Below are positions 1 through 11,972 of a stretch of DNA of 64,000 nucleotides, piece after piece (position 1 is the first letter of the stretch; each line of letters begins with the position of its first letter). Source of the stretch: Raillietiella orientalis. Taxonomy: Eukaryota. The translations under genes were made by a program, and so were the position numbers. The notes beneath the pieces were generated by a model, which saw nothing but the letters and a program-made list of their open reading frames with translations, searched no databases and was not told the DNA's origin. The stretch covers positions 6,014,001 through 6,078,000 of the forward strand of contig JAYWIR010000002.1 of NCBI GenBank assembly GCA_036172245.1, given 5' to 3'.

Positions 1-779
1 TCTCGCCATGCGACTGCCGCATCCTCACGCCAAGAGACTCTGGAGCTCGACCCTCGTTCCGGGTCATGAGCTCTGGAAAGAGTTTTGAGCTGTCCTCCCA
101 GGCTGGTCATGTCGACTTCAGCGGACTTTGCCTTTCTGGAGTCACTTCCTCGACGAATGCTCATGCCTCTTGGTGATGGAGTTGGCACTCTCCTTGGTGA
201 CGATTGGATCCTTCACGCTCTCTTCGTGTCAGAGCCGCCCCCATGGGCAGCGTGTAGGAAGCAAACGGTCGGAGGACCTCGGCAATTTCCAGTGGTGCGC
301 AAGGAGTGGCTGCAGCCGCTTTGACCCGGTGATGCAGGGACATTCATTGGAAAATAAACAAAGTCCTTAGGAACCAATTTTCCTGTGAACAAGAACAAAA
401 AAAAAAGGCAGAGCCGTCAAAGGGGGCAGAAGAGGTAAGCAAAGAGCTGTCGCTCGCTGTCGAGGGTCCCCCTTGCTCCCTTCCTAGGCTGTCTCTGGTT
501 CCCAACCAGGTCCTGCTCAGAGCCTGCACCACATCGCAGCTCTTTGTCGTACTCGACAAGAACACACTATGGGCCAATTGACTCTCCATCCTCCAATCAG
601 GGCGTCACCAAAGGTAAGTCCACTTGTTTCTCCCCAGAGCTGAAGCTGGACGTTGGCGATCCCTCTGGTGACTTTTTCTCGCAGCCGTCCTCATCCAGGA
701 GACCATCATGCGTGTGACGCCTCCCTGCGCTGCGCTCGAAACTCCACTACGTGGCGGACTGTGACGAGAAGACTAGGAT

Positions 780-1480
780 GCATCTTGTCGCGATTGCCGC
801 GCCTGCCGTGAGTCGCCCTTGCGTGGGGAAAACGTCGCAACAGCAGCAAGTCTGTTGTAGTGTTTTCCGAGTTGCGCAGTGCCAAAGACACCTGGAGAAT
901 TCCTCGAGGCCGCCGCAGTCCATCAAGAGGTGCGGGAACGATTCTATCGTAGTTCCAGGACGCGATACCCCCGGGAGACCATGCGCATGTGCTGGCTTCA
1001 CCGGAATGCCCAGTGCAGGGACAGCAGAGCATTCCGTTTTCACTGCAACGGGAGCATCGGTCGGTGTCTAGAGAATCCCCGTGCATGGCGGAGGCGAGCT
1101 TGACAGGTTTGGACCCACACGAAAGCGCCACGGCCGCGTTCGGCGCTCCCACTGACGACGGGTGAGACACACCGCTGTTTGAGGTCGAACGGAGAGACAA
1201 AAGCAGAGCCTCTTCTATGTGCGGGCGCAAGAAACACGGGCCACTTCGCGGAGCCACGGAATGGAGAATCCTTCTTGTTCTGCAGCACGGAGGAGAGCGT
1301 AAGGGTTCTCACAACCACGGCCACTGCCCTTCCCTTCGAACGCGGCGAGCAGCTGGGAACTGTGGGTGAGACGCATCCCGCACCAAGGAGAAATTCAGAC
1401 CGAAGCATCCGCGAAAGGCAGGAAACAAATGAAGAAGACCTCTGTGTGAAGAGCGCCCTCAGCTTATAAACAATGATCAC
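780..1480 (-). mobile_element. 3' end remnant of a non-LTR retrotransposon (R1/I-group-like ORF2 C-terminus)
   Basis: Minus-strand translation 'PGTTIESFPHLLMDCGGLEEFSR' (ORF 747-1043) resembles the LINE C-terminal CCHC finger (ES..HLL.DC..L...R). Frameshifted. Confidence 0.4.
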
Positions 1481-3389
1481 TTCCGGAAGAAATGAATGCT
1501 GCTAGCTACCGTTAAGATTGATCCGGTCCCCCCCCATGCTAATGGCACAAATCCTCCGAGCGGGCTCCGAAGGAACGCTCTGCTAATCTCCATGCTAACA
1601 GCTTCCTCGTTCATAGCTGCTTTAAGAGCCACTGGGAATCAATCGCTGTCAGAGAGGATGCAAATGGAACATTCCGTTCGCCCTTCGCGCATCTTCGCGC
1701 CCTCCCGTCCACCAAACCCACAATGAAGTCTGAACATGCACAATCTCTTTCGCTTCGGCTCTTGAGACCGGTTTCCCGCTTTGCATACAGGGTCTCCTCC
1801 GCGTCTCTCCTCCCGCGCCACTAAGGGAAGGTGAAAAAAAAAAAAAAAAACAGAACAGGAATTCTCGCAGGGAGCGACCCTGTTCCCATAAACGAAAACA
1901 CGAACACGAATCTTCCTGGTGAGGGACCCTTGCGAGAACTCTCGCCGAATGCCGAGCACCAGGCGTTGCCGGTCCCGGCCAACGATGGCAGCGCATCCTC
2001 GGTCCCACTCGATGGAAGCCGACCTTCGGATGGTCCACGCTACTCGTCTCCGAGTTTCCCATTGGCACTCGAGGAGGGCTAAAGAGAAATTTTTTCGGGA
2101 GGACGCACAGTGTCCAAGGTCGACTTTCGGTCTCCTTCAATAATAGGAGGCGATTTTTTTTTTCGATTTTTTTCCGTCTCCTCTTACGCGCCACAGAGGC
2201 CTCCGAGCTCCCAGCGGCCACTGAGAGGCGCGGTCCGCAAGATTAGATGAGCAGGCTGCAGGGCACCGATGGTGGCTGTTTTGGTTCCCGGAGCTGCCTG
2301 TCGTCGCAAGCGCAGAGGACGGCTACTTCTGGCTTCTTCTGCCTCGCTCCGCCATTTCCCAAGGCAAGGTGGAACGAGAGATGTCCACTACCTCGCCCTG
2401 GTTTCCTACTCTCCACCTGCTGCATTCACTCCTCGTAGCCTCAGCCACACCGCCCCACTCGCGGTGAGGGCACATCCTTTCATAAAAGAGGAGGAGCAGG
2501 AAGCTGCATGGACCGTGAGTAGGAGGACCGACAAGGTGCTGCTCCGGCTGCGGCCAGCCATGGAGTTCTCAGATGCGCTTCTCCGGAAAGGAGGAGACGA
2601 TCCTTGGGAAAGTGGAAGTGAACAGCTTTCCCTATCGGCTCCCACGCCCACCCCATTCTTGTGCGCGTGCTGTCGGCGAGCAACAAGAGCGATCCCAGTA
2701 ATCGCCTTCGTAGGGGACCAGCCGGAGGAGACGGTGGATGCAAACCTGGCGGTGCAGGCGGGAGCCACTCGCAGGGCATCTTTCCCTGTCCGGAACGCCT
2801 TGAACGGAGCGATGCCTTAGCACCTTTCCTGGAGAGCTGCCAGAGGCCTGCTGCTCCCTTCCTGGCCGACTGGAACCCTTGCTGCCAGCATCTCTGTATT
2901 CGAGGAGTTCGTGCTTTGTCTCTTTACTGCTGCAGCTGCCTCGATTTCGGGAGACAATCCTGGCAACGAGGAACCAGGTTGCCATCTTTCCTGTTCCATG
3001 GCACCGTCGAAGAACGCCGAGAGGATTGCGTGAGGCGCCTTGTGATCCAGGTTCCAGTGCGATCCTGGGTCGCCGAGGCTCCGGGAAGGTGACAGGAAAT
3101 CCCTCCTCAATCCTTTCGATTCCCGAAGTTTCTTCCGAAGCGCCTCCCCAGAGTAAAAGAGTTCCTAGTTGATCTGCGCGGGACCCTTCAGCGGAGACGG
3201 AGGCGCGCAGTTCAACTCCCTCGAGAAAAGTCAGACGCCATCCCCAAGGACTTCCCGCGTGGGAGCAGCACAGAACGGGCGCTCTTGCGAGCGCCAGGGC
3301 GGGTGCACCGACGGAGGGATTTTCGTTTCGCCGCTTCTTCGAGATTTTATCCTCCTTCCCATGAATCCTCATTCTTTGACAGAACAAAA

Positions 3390-3765
3390 ACTCCTCTTCT
3401 ATTCATTCTCATCCTCGTCGTTCTTTCCACCTTCTTTTCTCTTCCTCCTTATTTTTCTACACCCTTTGTTTCTCGTCCTCTCTTCGTCTTCCTCCTTCCT
3501 TCCTCCCTCCTCCTCCTCTCTTCCTTCTTGCCATCTTCCTTTCTTCCTCGTTTCTTCTCCTTCCTCCTTCCTTTTCCTCTTCCCCTTAGGAGGATGGTTT
3601 AGGCGTCATCTCTGCTCCGTCCTGTTTCCCCCGTTCGCCTTCTGCCTTCCCCTACCGCTTCCCCTATCTCCTTTCCTGTCTTCCTCCTCCTGTGCTCCAC
3701 TTTTGTTCCTACTCTTCGTTCCCCCTTCACTTCTCCTTCCCTTCCTCCCAGCCTCGGTTTTCGTC
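3390..3765. repeat. Pyrimidine-rich (C/T) low-complexity tract
   Basis: About 370 nt dominated by ttc/tcc/ctt units. The 199-aa S/F/L/P-rich ORF here is an artefact of composition. Confidence 0.9.
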
Positions 3766-4727
3766 TAATCACCAAACAGCTTGGCCTCCAAAGTGATGGA
3801 CGTCAGAGAGCGCCAGCTGTTCCTTCTCTTCCGGAGGAGCACCCAAAATGCGGGATGGCTCAGATGAGATGCTATCCTTCCTCCTTCTCATGGGATTCTT
3901 CTGCGAAGTATACAAGACAGCCGCATCTATAGAACGAGGCGAGCATTCAGATGGCTGGTCTTGGGTAAAGAGTAGCCTTGAGGCGGAGAGCAAGAGGTTT
4001 GCTCCATTACGTAGAGCAGGTGTTCCTCGGAAAGAGTAGCACTGGTTCGCAAAGCCAGCTACTCCACAGTCCATGTTTTCTACTAGGTAAGGTTCTCTCT
4101 CGTCCTAACACGTGGAGGCTCCCTATGCCGGTACCCCCCTGACTTCTCGCCTCTTAGCTACGCTGCTCCCAGGGCGCACCTCGTTCACGATTCTGCCAAG
4201 CGCGGGACCTTTCGAACGTGAGGCAGCCAAGTCCCGAGATTGGGTGATCCCGGAGAAGTTCGGAGAGCTCAGTCAGGGAGGTACAGGGAGATTTCCGGCG
4301 GACGCACATCATCAGGGACTTGTTGCCATGCAGGCGATCCTTTCGTGCGCGGGGAATGTCGCGACAAAATGGAACCGAGGAGTCCTTGAGACAATGGAGG
4401 GACGCTACTGGGGATTGGGGAGAGGGGGTGCCATCCAGCGGTCTCCTGTCGACCCTTGGAGACGCATCCTCGTGCGCTCACGGGCGCACAATCGCTGGCG
4501 GAGGCTCTATCGAGAGATGCATTCGTGCGAGCGCGCCCGGAACCAGCTTTGGATCTGGCAGCGGACGGCGCGAAATCCTTGCACCGCGGGCATCCCTGGA
4601 AGCGCCGACAAGGGAGAAAAGCGCCAAAAAAGGCGGCGCGCGCGCTCCGATGCCTGCCTCCGGGAGGTCAACAAGTGGAAGCGCCTTCCCGTCTACGAGG
4701 ACATTTTCCCAGACTTCAGAGACAGCT

Positions 4728-4895
4728 TAGGAGAAGAAGAGGAGGAGGAAAGGACTATGAGGAGAAGGAGAAAGTGCAAGGACGGAGGGAGCAAAGAAGG
4801 AGGAGGAAGAGAAGGGAAGGAAAAAGAGGAAGGGAGGAGGAGAGGACTTTTTGCTGAGTTGGAGAGCGAGGAGACTTGGGGGAGGAGGGGGACGA
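4728..4895. repeat. Purine-rich (G/A) low-complexity tract
   Basis: Runs of gga/gaa/agg units interrupting the LINE RT region. Confidence 0.85.
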
Positions 4896-6267
4896 AGACC
4901 GACCAAGACTGGAAGCAGTGACCCCGACTGGGAGCGTGCCAAGAGAGCACTTCCTCCATGAGCAGCAAGAGCCACTTTCCTGAGATCCGCAAGTCTTCAC
5001 TTCTGGAGGGAGGCTTCCAGAGTGCGTACCCTCAAGTTTCGTCCGGTCATCAAGAGTGACCGTGATTCTCAAGAGCTGACACTCGGCCACTTCGAGAAAC
5101 TCCCTTGCCACGGGGTCCAGCCAGGCGGACGAGTTTCTGGGGCAGTCGTACGAGCACCAGGGAGGGTTTGAGCGATCGAACAGGAAGTAGATGAACGAAA
5201 GAAATGAAGCAACTAAGTGAGGACTCGTGTGGGGGTGTGAAAAGGAAGGATCGTCAGTTCCACCAGGTCTCCCCCTCGCGTATTTGCGCGCGATCCTCGC
5301 GATCCCATCCCTGGCCTTCCCGGATCAAATGAGGCTATTTCCGGACCACAGGGTGCGGATTCTCTGTGCCTCGCCGCTAGTGGGCTGCGTCCACAGAGTT
5401 CGGACCATCCATCCGGGAGGAAGGGGAACTTCCTCAGTCCAGCTGCCTGCTGGACTCTCTTAAGAGACTTGAGAGCGCCAGGGGCACTTTTGCGACGAAG
5501 GTCACGCAGCGGTGACCCTCGCCTCTCTGTTTCTCTCGCCCTGAGGCGCCTGGTACGCTACATAGGACGCTCCAAGACATCAGGAAACACCGCTCCCTAG
5601 GGATTCAGCACCTCCTTAAGCGAACGAAGTCTATTGCAGTCCCGGACCAGGGGTCATCGCAGGATATCCAAAAGAGCTTCGACCAGCCCTCGGGTTGCCG
5701 AAAGCGTCCTCGGAGGAAGAGGCAGCGGGAGTCTCGCGCCTCCATCGTCCGAGGAGCGGCTCCTAGCGGCAGCTCTGATTCATCTTTAATGCCGCGCCAT
5801 CGCTTTCCGCAGGATGCCTCCAGGGACGCAGAGCAGGGAAGGGGGAGTTCAAACTTTGTCTCTCCTTTCTAAGAGAGTCCATCCGGGTTTGCCCGGAGGC
5901 CAGGAGTCCACCTCCAGGGGTAGCGGATGAGTTTCTCAGCCGAGGAGGGATCCACGAAATCTCTTCCGACCTCTTTCCGACTTCCCAAAGGGCGGAAACC
6001 ATTCTTGCCAGTCCCAGAGATTAACCGTGGCTTCGCCTCGGGGATCGAATGTCCCTTACCCGCTCACGAAAGATTCATTCACAGTAGAGATGTCGCGAGG
6101 AGGCGGAAGGCAAGCCTTGCTCATCCACCTTCTTGGGTCAGGGTGAAAGCGGAAAGGACATGGGAGATTTTTTGTTTTTGGGTTTTTCTTTTTGTATTGC
6201 TTTTTATCGTCTCCGCTTCAGCGCTGGCAGCAGTCAAAACTCCAGCCGGCCGCTTTGGTATGAGACA

Positions 6268-7113
6268 TCAGCGCTTTAGCAGCCTCCTGTGCTCTCGTGG
6301 AACTCGGTGGAGATGCAGACGTTGCCCTTCCCATGGGTGATACTCTCGATATTGCTGGTGCAGTGCCAGCGCGCATATCAACCAGGCCTCGCAGCGCATC
6401 TCTCTAACCTGCCTGCCCACCTGGCTTCTCGGTTTGCGGGTACACAGCAGGGCGACGACGTCCTTCTTGGTGCGCCCGCAGAGCTCCACCGTCTTGAGGA
6501 AGTTGAAGCGAGTGCCGTGGACGCTCAGATGCTCCCCCACGCGGGTGTCCGCGTGGATCTTCGAGTCCAGTCGCCGCGTCAGGGAATTTTCGTGGATCAA
6601 CGCCCGGAGCACGTCGATGATGTCCTCCGGCGACTGGAAGCAGGATAGCTGCTCGTCCTCGTACCAGTCGGTCTTCTTGGGGATCAGCAGCTCCACGTCC
6701 ATCGTCGCCCTGGATCTGGAGGTCGACCGCTTCTCAAGCAGGAACTCCGACTGCGAAGAACGGATTTTCTCCTGACCAAAAGCCCTCGGAAGCGACTGGT
6801 GCGAGGTGAGAGGGCACCAGGGAAGAAGAGGACAAAGCATGCGGGGCATCGAACGCCCTCGGAATCTTGTTACGGGTAGGCTTTCTGGGGGAAAGGCAGC
6901 GAGACGATGGTCAGATGGCTGGCGCCTTCTCGGAGAGAAGGCCTCAAAGAAGTGGAAGGCATCGATGAGCCCTGAAGCTATATATTGTCGTGGAAACATG
7001 CCGTTTTCAAAAGCGTGGTGGGTGGTGGCTCCTTCGACCGCCTCGCAAAGGTGGACCTTCAAGAAAGGCGTGAGGACGTGCATCCTGGAGGAGGAGGGGA
7101 TTCGGGGCGACAA
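6268..7113 (-). pseudogene. Unidentified protein-coding-like fragment (possibly a decayed host gene)
   Basis: 281-codon open frame. The part at ~6440-6705 (MDVELLIPKKTDWYEDEQLSCFQSPEDIIDVLRALIHEN...) has strong G/C at third codon positions and normal globular composition. No family recognised. Confidence 0.35.
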
Positions 7114-8099
7114 TGTGTGTCAAGACAGCGAGGAGGCCCGCCGAATCCTCGAGGGCGACTTCTTCATAGCGTCCCCTCACTTCTCTCGAAGACAAGAGAA
7201 AAGATCTCGCTCAGTATCCTGACAACCAGGGAGGACTCTGGAGTGATGGGCCCACTTTGTTCCTTCTGGTATCTCTCCTTAACTTCGAGGGAGAGAGAGA
7301 AAGGGAAGCGAGAAAGGATCAGGAGGAAAAAGTTTTCGCCTTATTGGGTGTACAATCAAGCGTAGGAGTTGACTCAGGTTGAACTCTGGCTCCTCACCAA
7401 ACGGACGATGGAATTTTCTACCCGCCCTCGTGCCTTTTTGTTCTCCCCCTCTTCCTCAGACGTCAGGACCTCTGCGGCTGTTAGCAAAGATGACTGTAAG
7501 TGGAAGAAAACGGACGAGTAGCAGAGTGTGGTGCCGGAGGCAGAATGAGGTGAACTCGATTCTGTTTCCAGAATAGTGCTGCTGCGTCAGGTCCGCTTCG
7601 GAAGCCGAGGCCAGAGAGCAGGATGCTCCGCCTCTGGTGCGTCCAGGAAACAGGAGGAGGAGGAAGGAAAAGAGGAAGAGAAGGAGGAGCAGGAGAACCC
7701 TCCTTTCCTTCTCTTGGCACACCCCTGCACGCTCTGCAGGATTTCGTCTAAGGAGAGCTTCTAACCACCTGAAAAGGTTGGTCGATGCTCGTGACCACCA
7801 CCTCTGCATGGCAGGCAATGATGGTGGCCACGAGCATCGACCGACTCCATCCAGCCGCTGCAGCTCCAGAAGGCGACCAGGGAATGGAGGCGCAGAAGGT
7901 AGAGAGCGTGTCCTGAAGGCACTCTGCGAGAGGGCGCGCCAGCAGAGGTCTTTCCGGAAAGACCTCGACTGACGCCGCTTGCCCCAGGGGACTCAGGGAT
8001 CTTGTCATGGTGACTCTATTCCGCTGCTCACCGCAGCCCTCGCAGAGCGGCTTTAGGGGGGGTGAACCCCTCCGGATGTGAGTTGCTGGGCGTTATCTG

Positions 8100-8860
8100 A
8101 AGGACTTTCCTTCTTGGTTCCATAGACCGATTAGCAACAGCATCGGCGCAAGGAGAGAGGCAGTGCGGAGGTCATCAGTTTCAAGAAAAGCAGTGACAGT
8201 GTCAACGCCAGCACTTTGGATGGAAAAGCGGTCGCTGCTTCGAAGACTCCTGCAACCAACCCGTTTGCTTACGCGAGTCTCACCTGTCTCCACCGACTTC
8301 TTCGGCTCTCTGTTTTGGCCTTTCGCGGCTTTGCCTATCCATCCGCTCTTGATGCCGTCATCCAGGATTGCCAGTTGCACTACACTTCTTCCCTCTTCAG
8401 GCTGAAAGACGGACCACCTTTTCACGGGGTACGCACCACTTTCCGCCACCACACTTTGGGGGGAAGGGGTCTTTTTGCAAACTGGACAGGGAAAAAGCAG
8501 GCTTTTCCAGAATGCGGGCAGAAAGCCTAGAACGTCTCCTGAACGTAGTCCTTGCTGGCCGTGCCTTCCTGTCCTGGTAGCCTCAGACAGAGAGTCCAGA
8601 AAGTGTCCAGAAGAACATGGAAGCAATACTCTGGCAGTGAAAGACAGAGTTTGACCTCCTTTCTTTCAGGTCATCCATCGACTATTGTCTTTCTGTGCAT
8701 TACCGCCGCTATTACTGTTCTTGCATCTTTGCCATACTCTCCATCATCTACTGATCGTTGGTCATTCGCTTCCTTTGTTATCCACTTCATTCGCATGTAT
8801 GGCAATAAGCCATTAATGAGCGCAATATCGTCCACGTTCCTTCTCCACTGAGATGATGGT
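8100..8860 (-). mobile_element. Possible BEL/Pao LTR retrotransposon gag-protease remnant
   Basis: Frameshifted 'LKERR...YCF/CSSGHF', then 'CPVCKK', then 'AILDDGIKSGWI' resembling the BEL zinc knuckles and the A.LD.GS protease motif. Confidence 0.3.
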
Positions 8861-9699
8861 TTTCGAAAAATCTCAGCCTTTACTCGTTCCGGGTTCTCCA
8901 GTCGCTCGCGTGGCAGCAGCAGTAGCGCGGCAAAGCCGACGAGATAGGCAGAGTCTGCTTGCTACTTGACCTCGCGTGGAAGGAGTCCAGGTCAAAGAAG
9001 ACGAGAGCTCTGCGGAGCGGTTGCTGACGAGGACCAGCGAGTCGCAGAGCCGGATGCCTGGAGGATGCCGCGCAGTCGACCTTGGACCGGCCTTGGATGC
9101 AGCTCGCAGTCGCTGAAGGCCGATGGGGGAAGACCTGAGATTGGCACCGCTTGTGCGCAATGAGAGGCGCACCTTCCGGGCCGTGCAAGGGCCCATGGCA
9201 GGTAAGTGGAGTTTCTCAGCTGCCTGGAAAGTCTTTTTTTGTTTTCCATTTTTAGGGGTCCCCAAAAAGGCTACCTCTGGGAAAGTGGGACAGAAGGGAA
9301 GGCGACCGCGATTTCCGCAGACCCGTCTCACCTCTTTGGGACGCCGCACCTGCTGACGAAGAGCGCCTTGTGTTTCCTGAAGTCTCCTCCTTGTACAGCA
9401 CGATCTCGGCCACCCAAGCCGTTCGTACGACAAGGGTGGACGTCTCCTTTACTTTGCAGAAGAGACATCACAGCTTCCCTTTCCCTTTCCCTCTTCCTCT
9501 TTCTCTCTCCCCTACAGAAACACGGGGACTCGGTTAGGGAGCTGGAAGGCTGAGATGCTGAGTTTGAAAGGCACCCCCTCTGTGCCAGGATGGTCCAGCA
9601 TTTCTTCCTGAAATCCGGAAATTCAGACCTGGACCCTCAGAAAAGATCTAGAATGCTAGCTCTGCTGCTGAGCTGCCAGCGTGCGGACATCTCTTTGAC

Positions 9700-11050
9700 C
9701 TGTCCTACTATAAGCGATCACCTATTCCCCGTGTCCAGTGATGAAGGCGCGCCTTGAATGGGATTCCGCTATGCACCACCAGCAACGCCAACTCCCTCGA
9801 AAGGGAGGGTGCCATTGTTCCAGCACGCTGGAGGCCTCCACCGGAGGGAGCGGAAATGCATTATGGAATCCCTCCGAATCCTTCTGTTTTCTCTGCTTCC
9901 TTCCAGCTTTTTTTTTTAGTTCGCAAGTACTGAAGAACCGTTTGCTCTCTGGGGAGAAGGGGGTTCCACGAAGCCCTCTGTCTTCAACGCTGTCCACGCC
10001 GATGGTTCACGTAGCTCTTGTATAGGATACATCCCGGTAGTGGACCACCCTAGTAATCCAGGAAGGGCTCCGGTGGAAGGAGTCCGTTCCTCTTGTCCTT
10101 GGTAGGAAACCTCGGAGAGGTGAGGGATCCTTCGCAGGCAATCAGAGCGAGAGTCCCTTCTTTTCTCCGAAGATACTACCGAAGACCAGGACTACTCCTC
10201 ATTTCTTCTCCGAAGGGAACCAGTGCTTCTTGGTTCTTAGGAGGACCCCGGAAGGTCAACTTCCAATCCCTACCGCTCAAAGAAGACATCCAGGTTTCCG
10301 GCTCCCACCAGCGCCTCACCCGAAGCCAATTACTATCGTCCTGCAAAGGAGGACTCGAACGACGCATCCGGGGTTGCCTGTCGGCATCGATCCTTCCCTG
10401 GTAGGGATTCGAACTACCTGCAACGCTCGGTGCAGAGCGCGCGGGGTCACGGTCGCTTTCATTCTTCCGGTGGCTTGCCTGTTCGGATGCCACCGCTGCG
10501 TCTGCCGAGCGGCGAGGAGGATGATCAATCCATAACCTTCCCTGGAGCGTTGGTCTCGGAGCGAACAGTTTCAGAAAAGTTGATGGCTCCTGCTGCTGAC
10601 CTGCGATCATCGCTGTTCCGCACACAGGCACTTCCTCCTGGGAACTCGGTGATCTTTCAACCAAGGCTTTCAAGGTTGCCTGAAGACTTGGTTGCGTTTG
10701 CCCTTTCCCTTGGTCATACGAAAAGTCGGGATTTGGTGGAAAAGTCTTGCCCTCTGCAAAGCTGAGCTTCTGCTAATCACGTGACGGCAGCAGCGGTCCA
10801 GGTAAGAGCTGAGTTGGCATCGGTGCTCCTGGTGGCGCAGGGCACCTTCACATGAAGGCCTTGAGGAGTAAGTTGCTGTTTTTTAAAACAGAATGAGGGG
10901 GCAATCCTGATGCTAAGCAACGAAACGTGGAGAGGGAACGTCCATGGTTCGGGAATGGGGAAGAGCTGCCGAAGGAGTTTCCTTGCGAATTGATGCAGAA
11001 ACTTCCTGCCTTCGGCATTCGTGTGTCGTCGTCAGGATTGTTTTAGCAAC
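9700..11050 (-). mobile_element. DIRS/Ngaro-like retroelement remnant (gag C-terminus and start of RT)
   Basis: 'FCINSQGNSFGSSSPFP..H...HQDCP' (~11000) resembles the Cys/His-rich DIRS ORF1 end. 'RFFSTCELKKKAGRKQR' resembles F.S..F.VPKK.GG.R. Segment ~9836-10300 is homologous, inverted, to ~17800-18305. Confidence 0.45.
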
Positions 11051-11191
11051 GGTCGGTCTCTATCCAGAGAAACGGGATGGAGATTGACCTTCCTTCATCA
11101 TGCAGTGACCTTCCGTGTCGCAGCATGATGAAGCACGAAGTTAACCAGCGTGTGTTCGTTTCAAGTGTTTGAGTGTAATTTTACATCGGAG

Positions 11192-11423
11192 CAGGACCGG
11201 CGCCGACGCGAGGGTCTCTGGTGCCCCTAGGCAAAGGAAAATCTGGAACCCCATGTACAGAAAAAAAGAAAAATACTTCCGCAATTTTTATGGAAGGTTC
11301 GTTTTCTGTGATGCATTTTTAATGTATTGTAAATTACTACAAGTAATTATCATTGATTTTTCATCCTGCAATTTGGCGACCCTAGGCAATGCCTATGTTC
11401 GCCTAACGGTAAAAGAGGTCCTG
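11192..11423. mobile_element. Possible small non-autonomous DNA element (hAT-like MITE)
   Basis: Starts CAGGACC and ends GGTCCTG (7-bp inverted match), with CCCTAGGCAA present near both ends and an AT-rich core. No target-site duplication seen. Confidence 0.3.
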
Positions 11424-11972
11424 AAAGTACTGCGTCCTTGAAAGGGAATTTATCTGAGAACAGTTGGACTAACCGTCCGTCGCTCGGGTGTGAGATTCGA
11501 TGGACTTTGACACCGTGGATCCGCCGGAAGTTAAGGAAACCCTGAAGGAAGGGCATCGAGCTGGCTGCTCTCCGTGTGATGGGTAGTGTTGGTGGTCGTG
11601 GGGTGGTTGTGTTGTCTGCGGGTAAGAGATTAGCAGCATGGGTTGGTTGGTTCGTTGGTTGGTGACGGGGTGAGGAGGGAGGAGTGTTAAAAAAACAACG
11701 ATAAGTAGAGTTGGTGAGCGCTAAGTGCAGGTTTCCCTTTGCATAGATGCGGAAAATCCGAATGCAGCGAATGTTTGATGTCCAGAGCTGCAAGGGTCGA
11801 TCCCGTGCGTCATAGATGTAAAGTCCTATCTTCGGGTGATTTTCTGAGGAATGGGCATTTCTAGTCAGAAGCTGACTAAGGAGCCAAGAGTCATCTTGCT
11901 TCTTTTGTCTTGTTTTGTTTTCGTTTTTTCTTCCTTCTCAGGAGGAAAAAAAGGGCATTTTGAAATACCAGA

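Larger units (their letters stand above)
1900..6100 (-). mobile_element. Decayed LINE ORF2 (reverse transcriptase region)
   Basis: Degenerate RT motifs occur in the correct order on the minus strand: 'SGKARDGI' (~5320, KAPGPDGI), 'SYDCP..LDPVAREFLE..CQLLRI' (~5150, SYRPI), 'CGSQESGS' (~4985, GFR.G.S), 'VLVDGKALPLVD' (~4690, D..KAFD), 'SSVPPLSQGLLGSIL' (~4390, GVPQGS.LGP), 'DDV' (~4310) and 'KAFRT' (~2795). Many stops and indels. Confidence 0.55.

Noticed and set aside
3169..4921. Long plus-strand ORFs 3169-3768 and 4112-4921
   Set aside because: Open because of low complexity and GC richness; they lie antisense to LINE remnants and show no protein-like motifs.
8820..8850. 'WRRNVDDI' resembling a Penelope RYVDD motif
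   Set aside because: No flanking RT motifs, and downstream sequence looks more like gag/protease.
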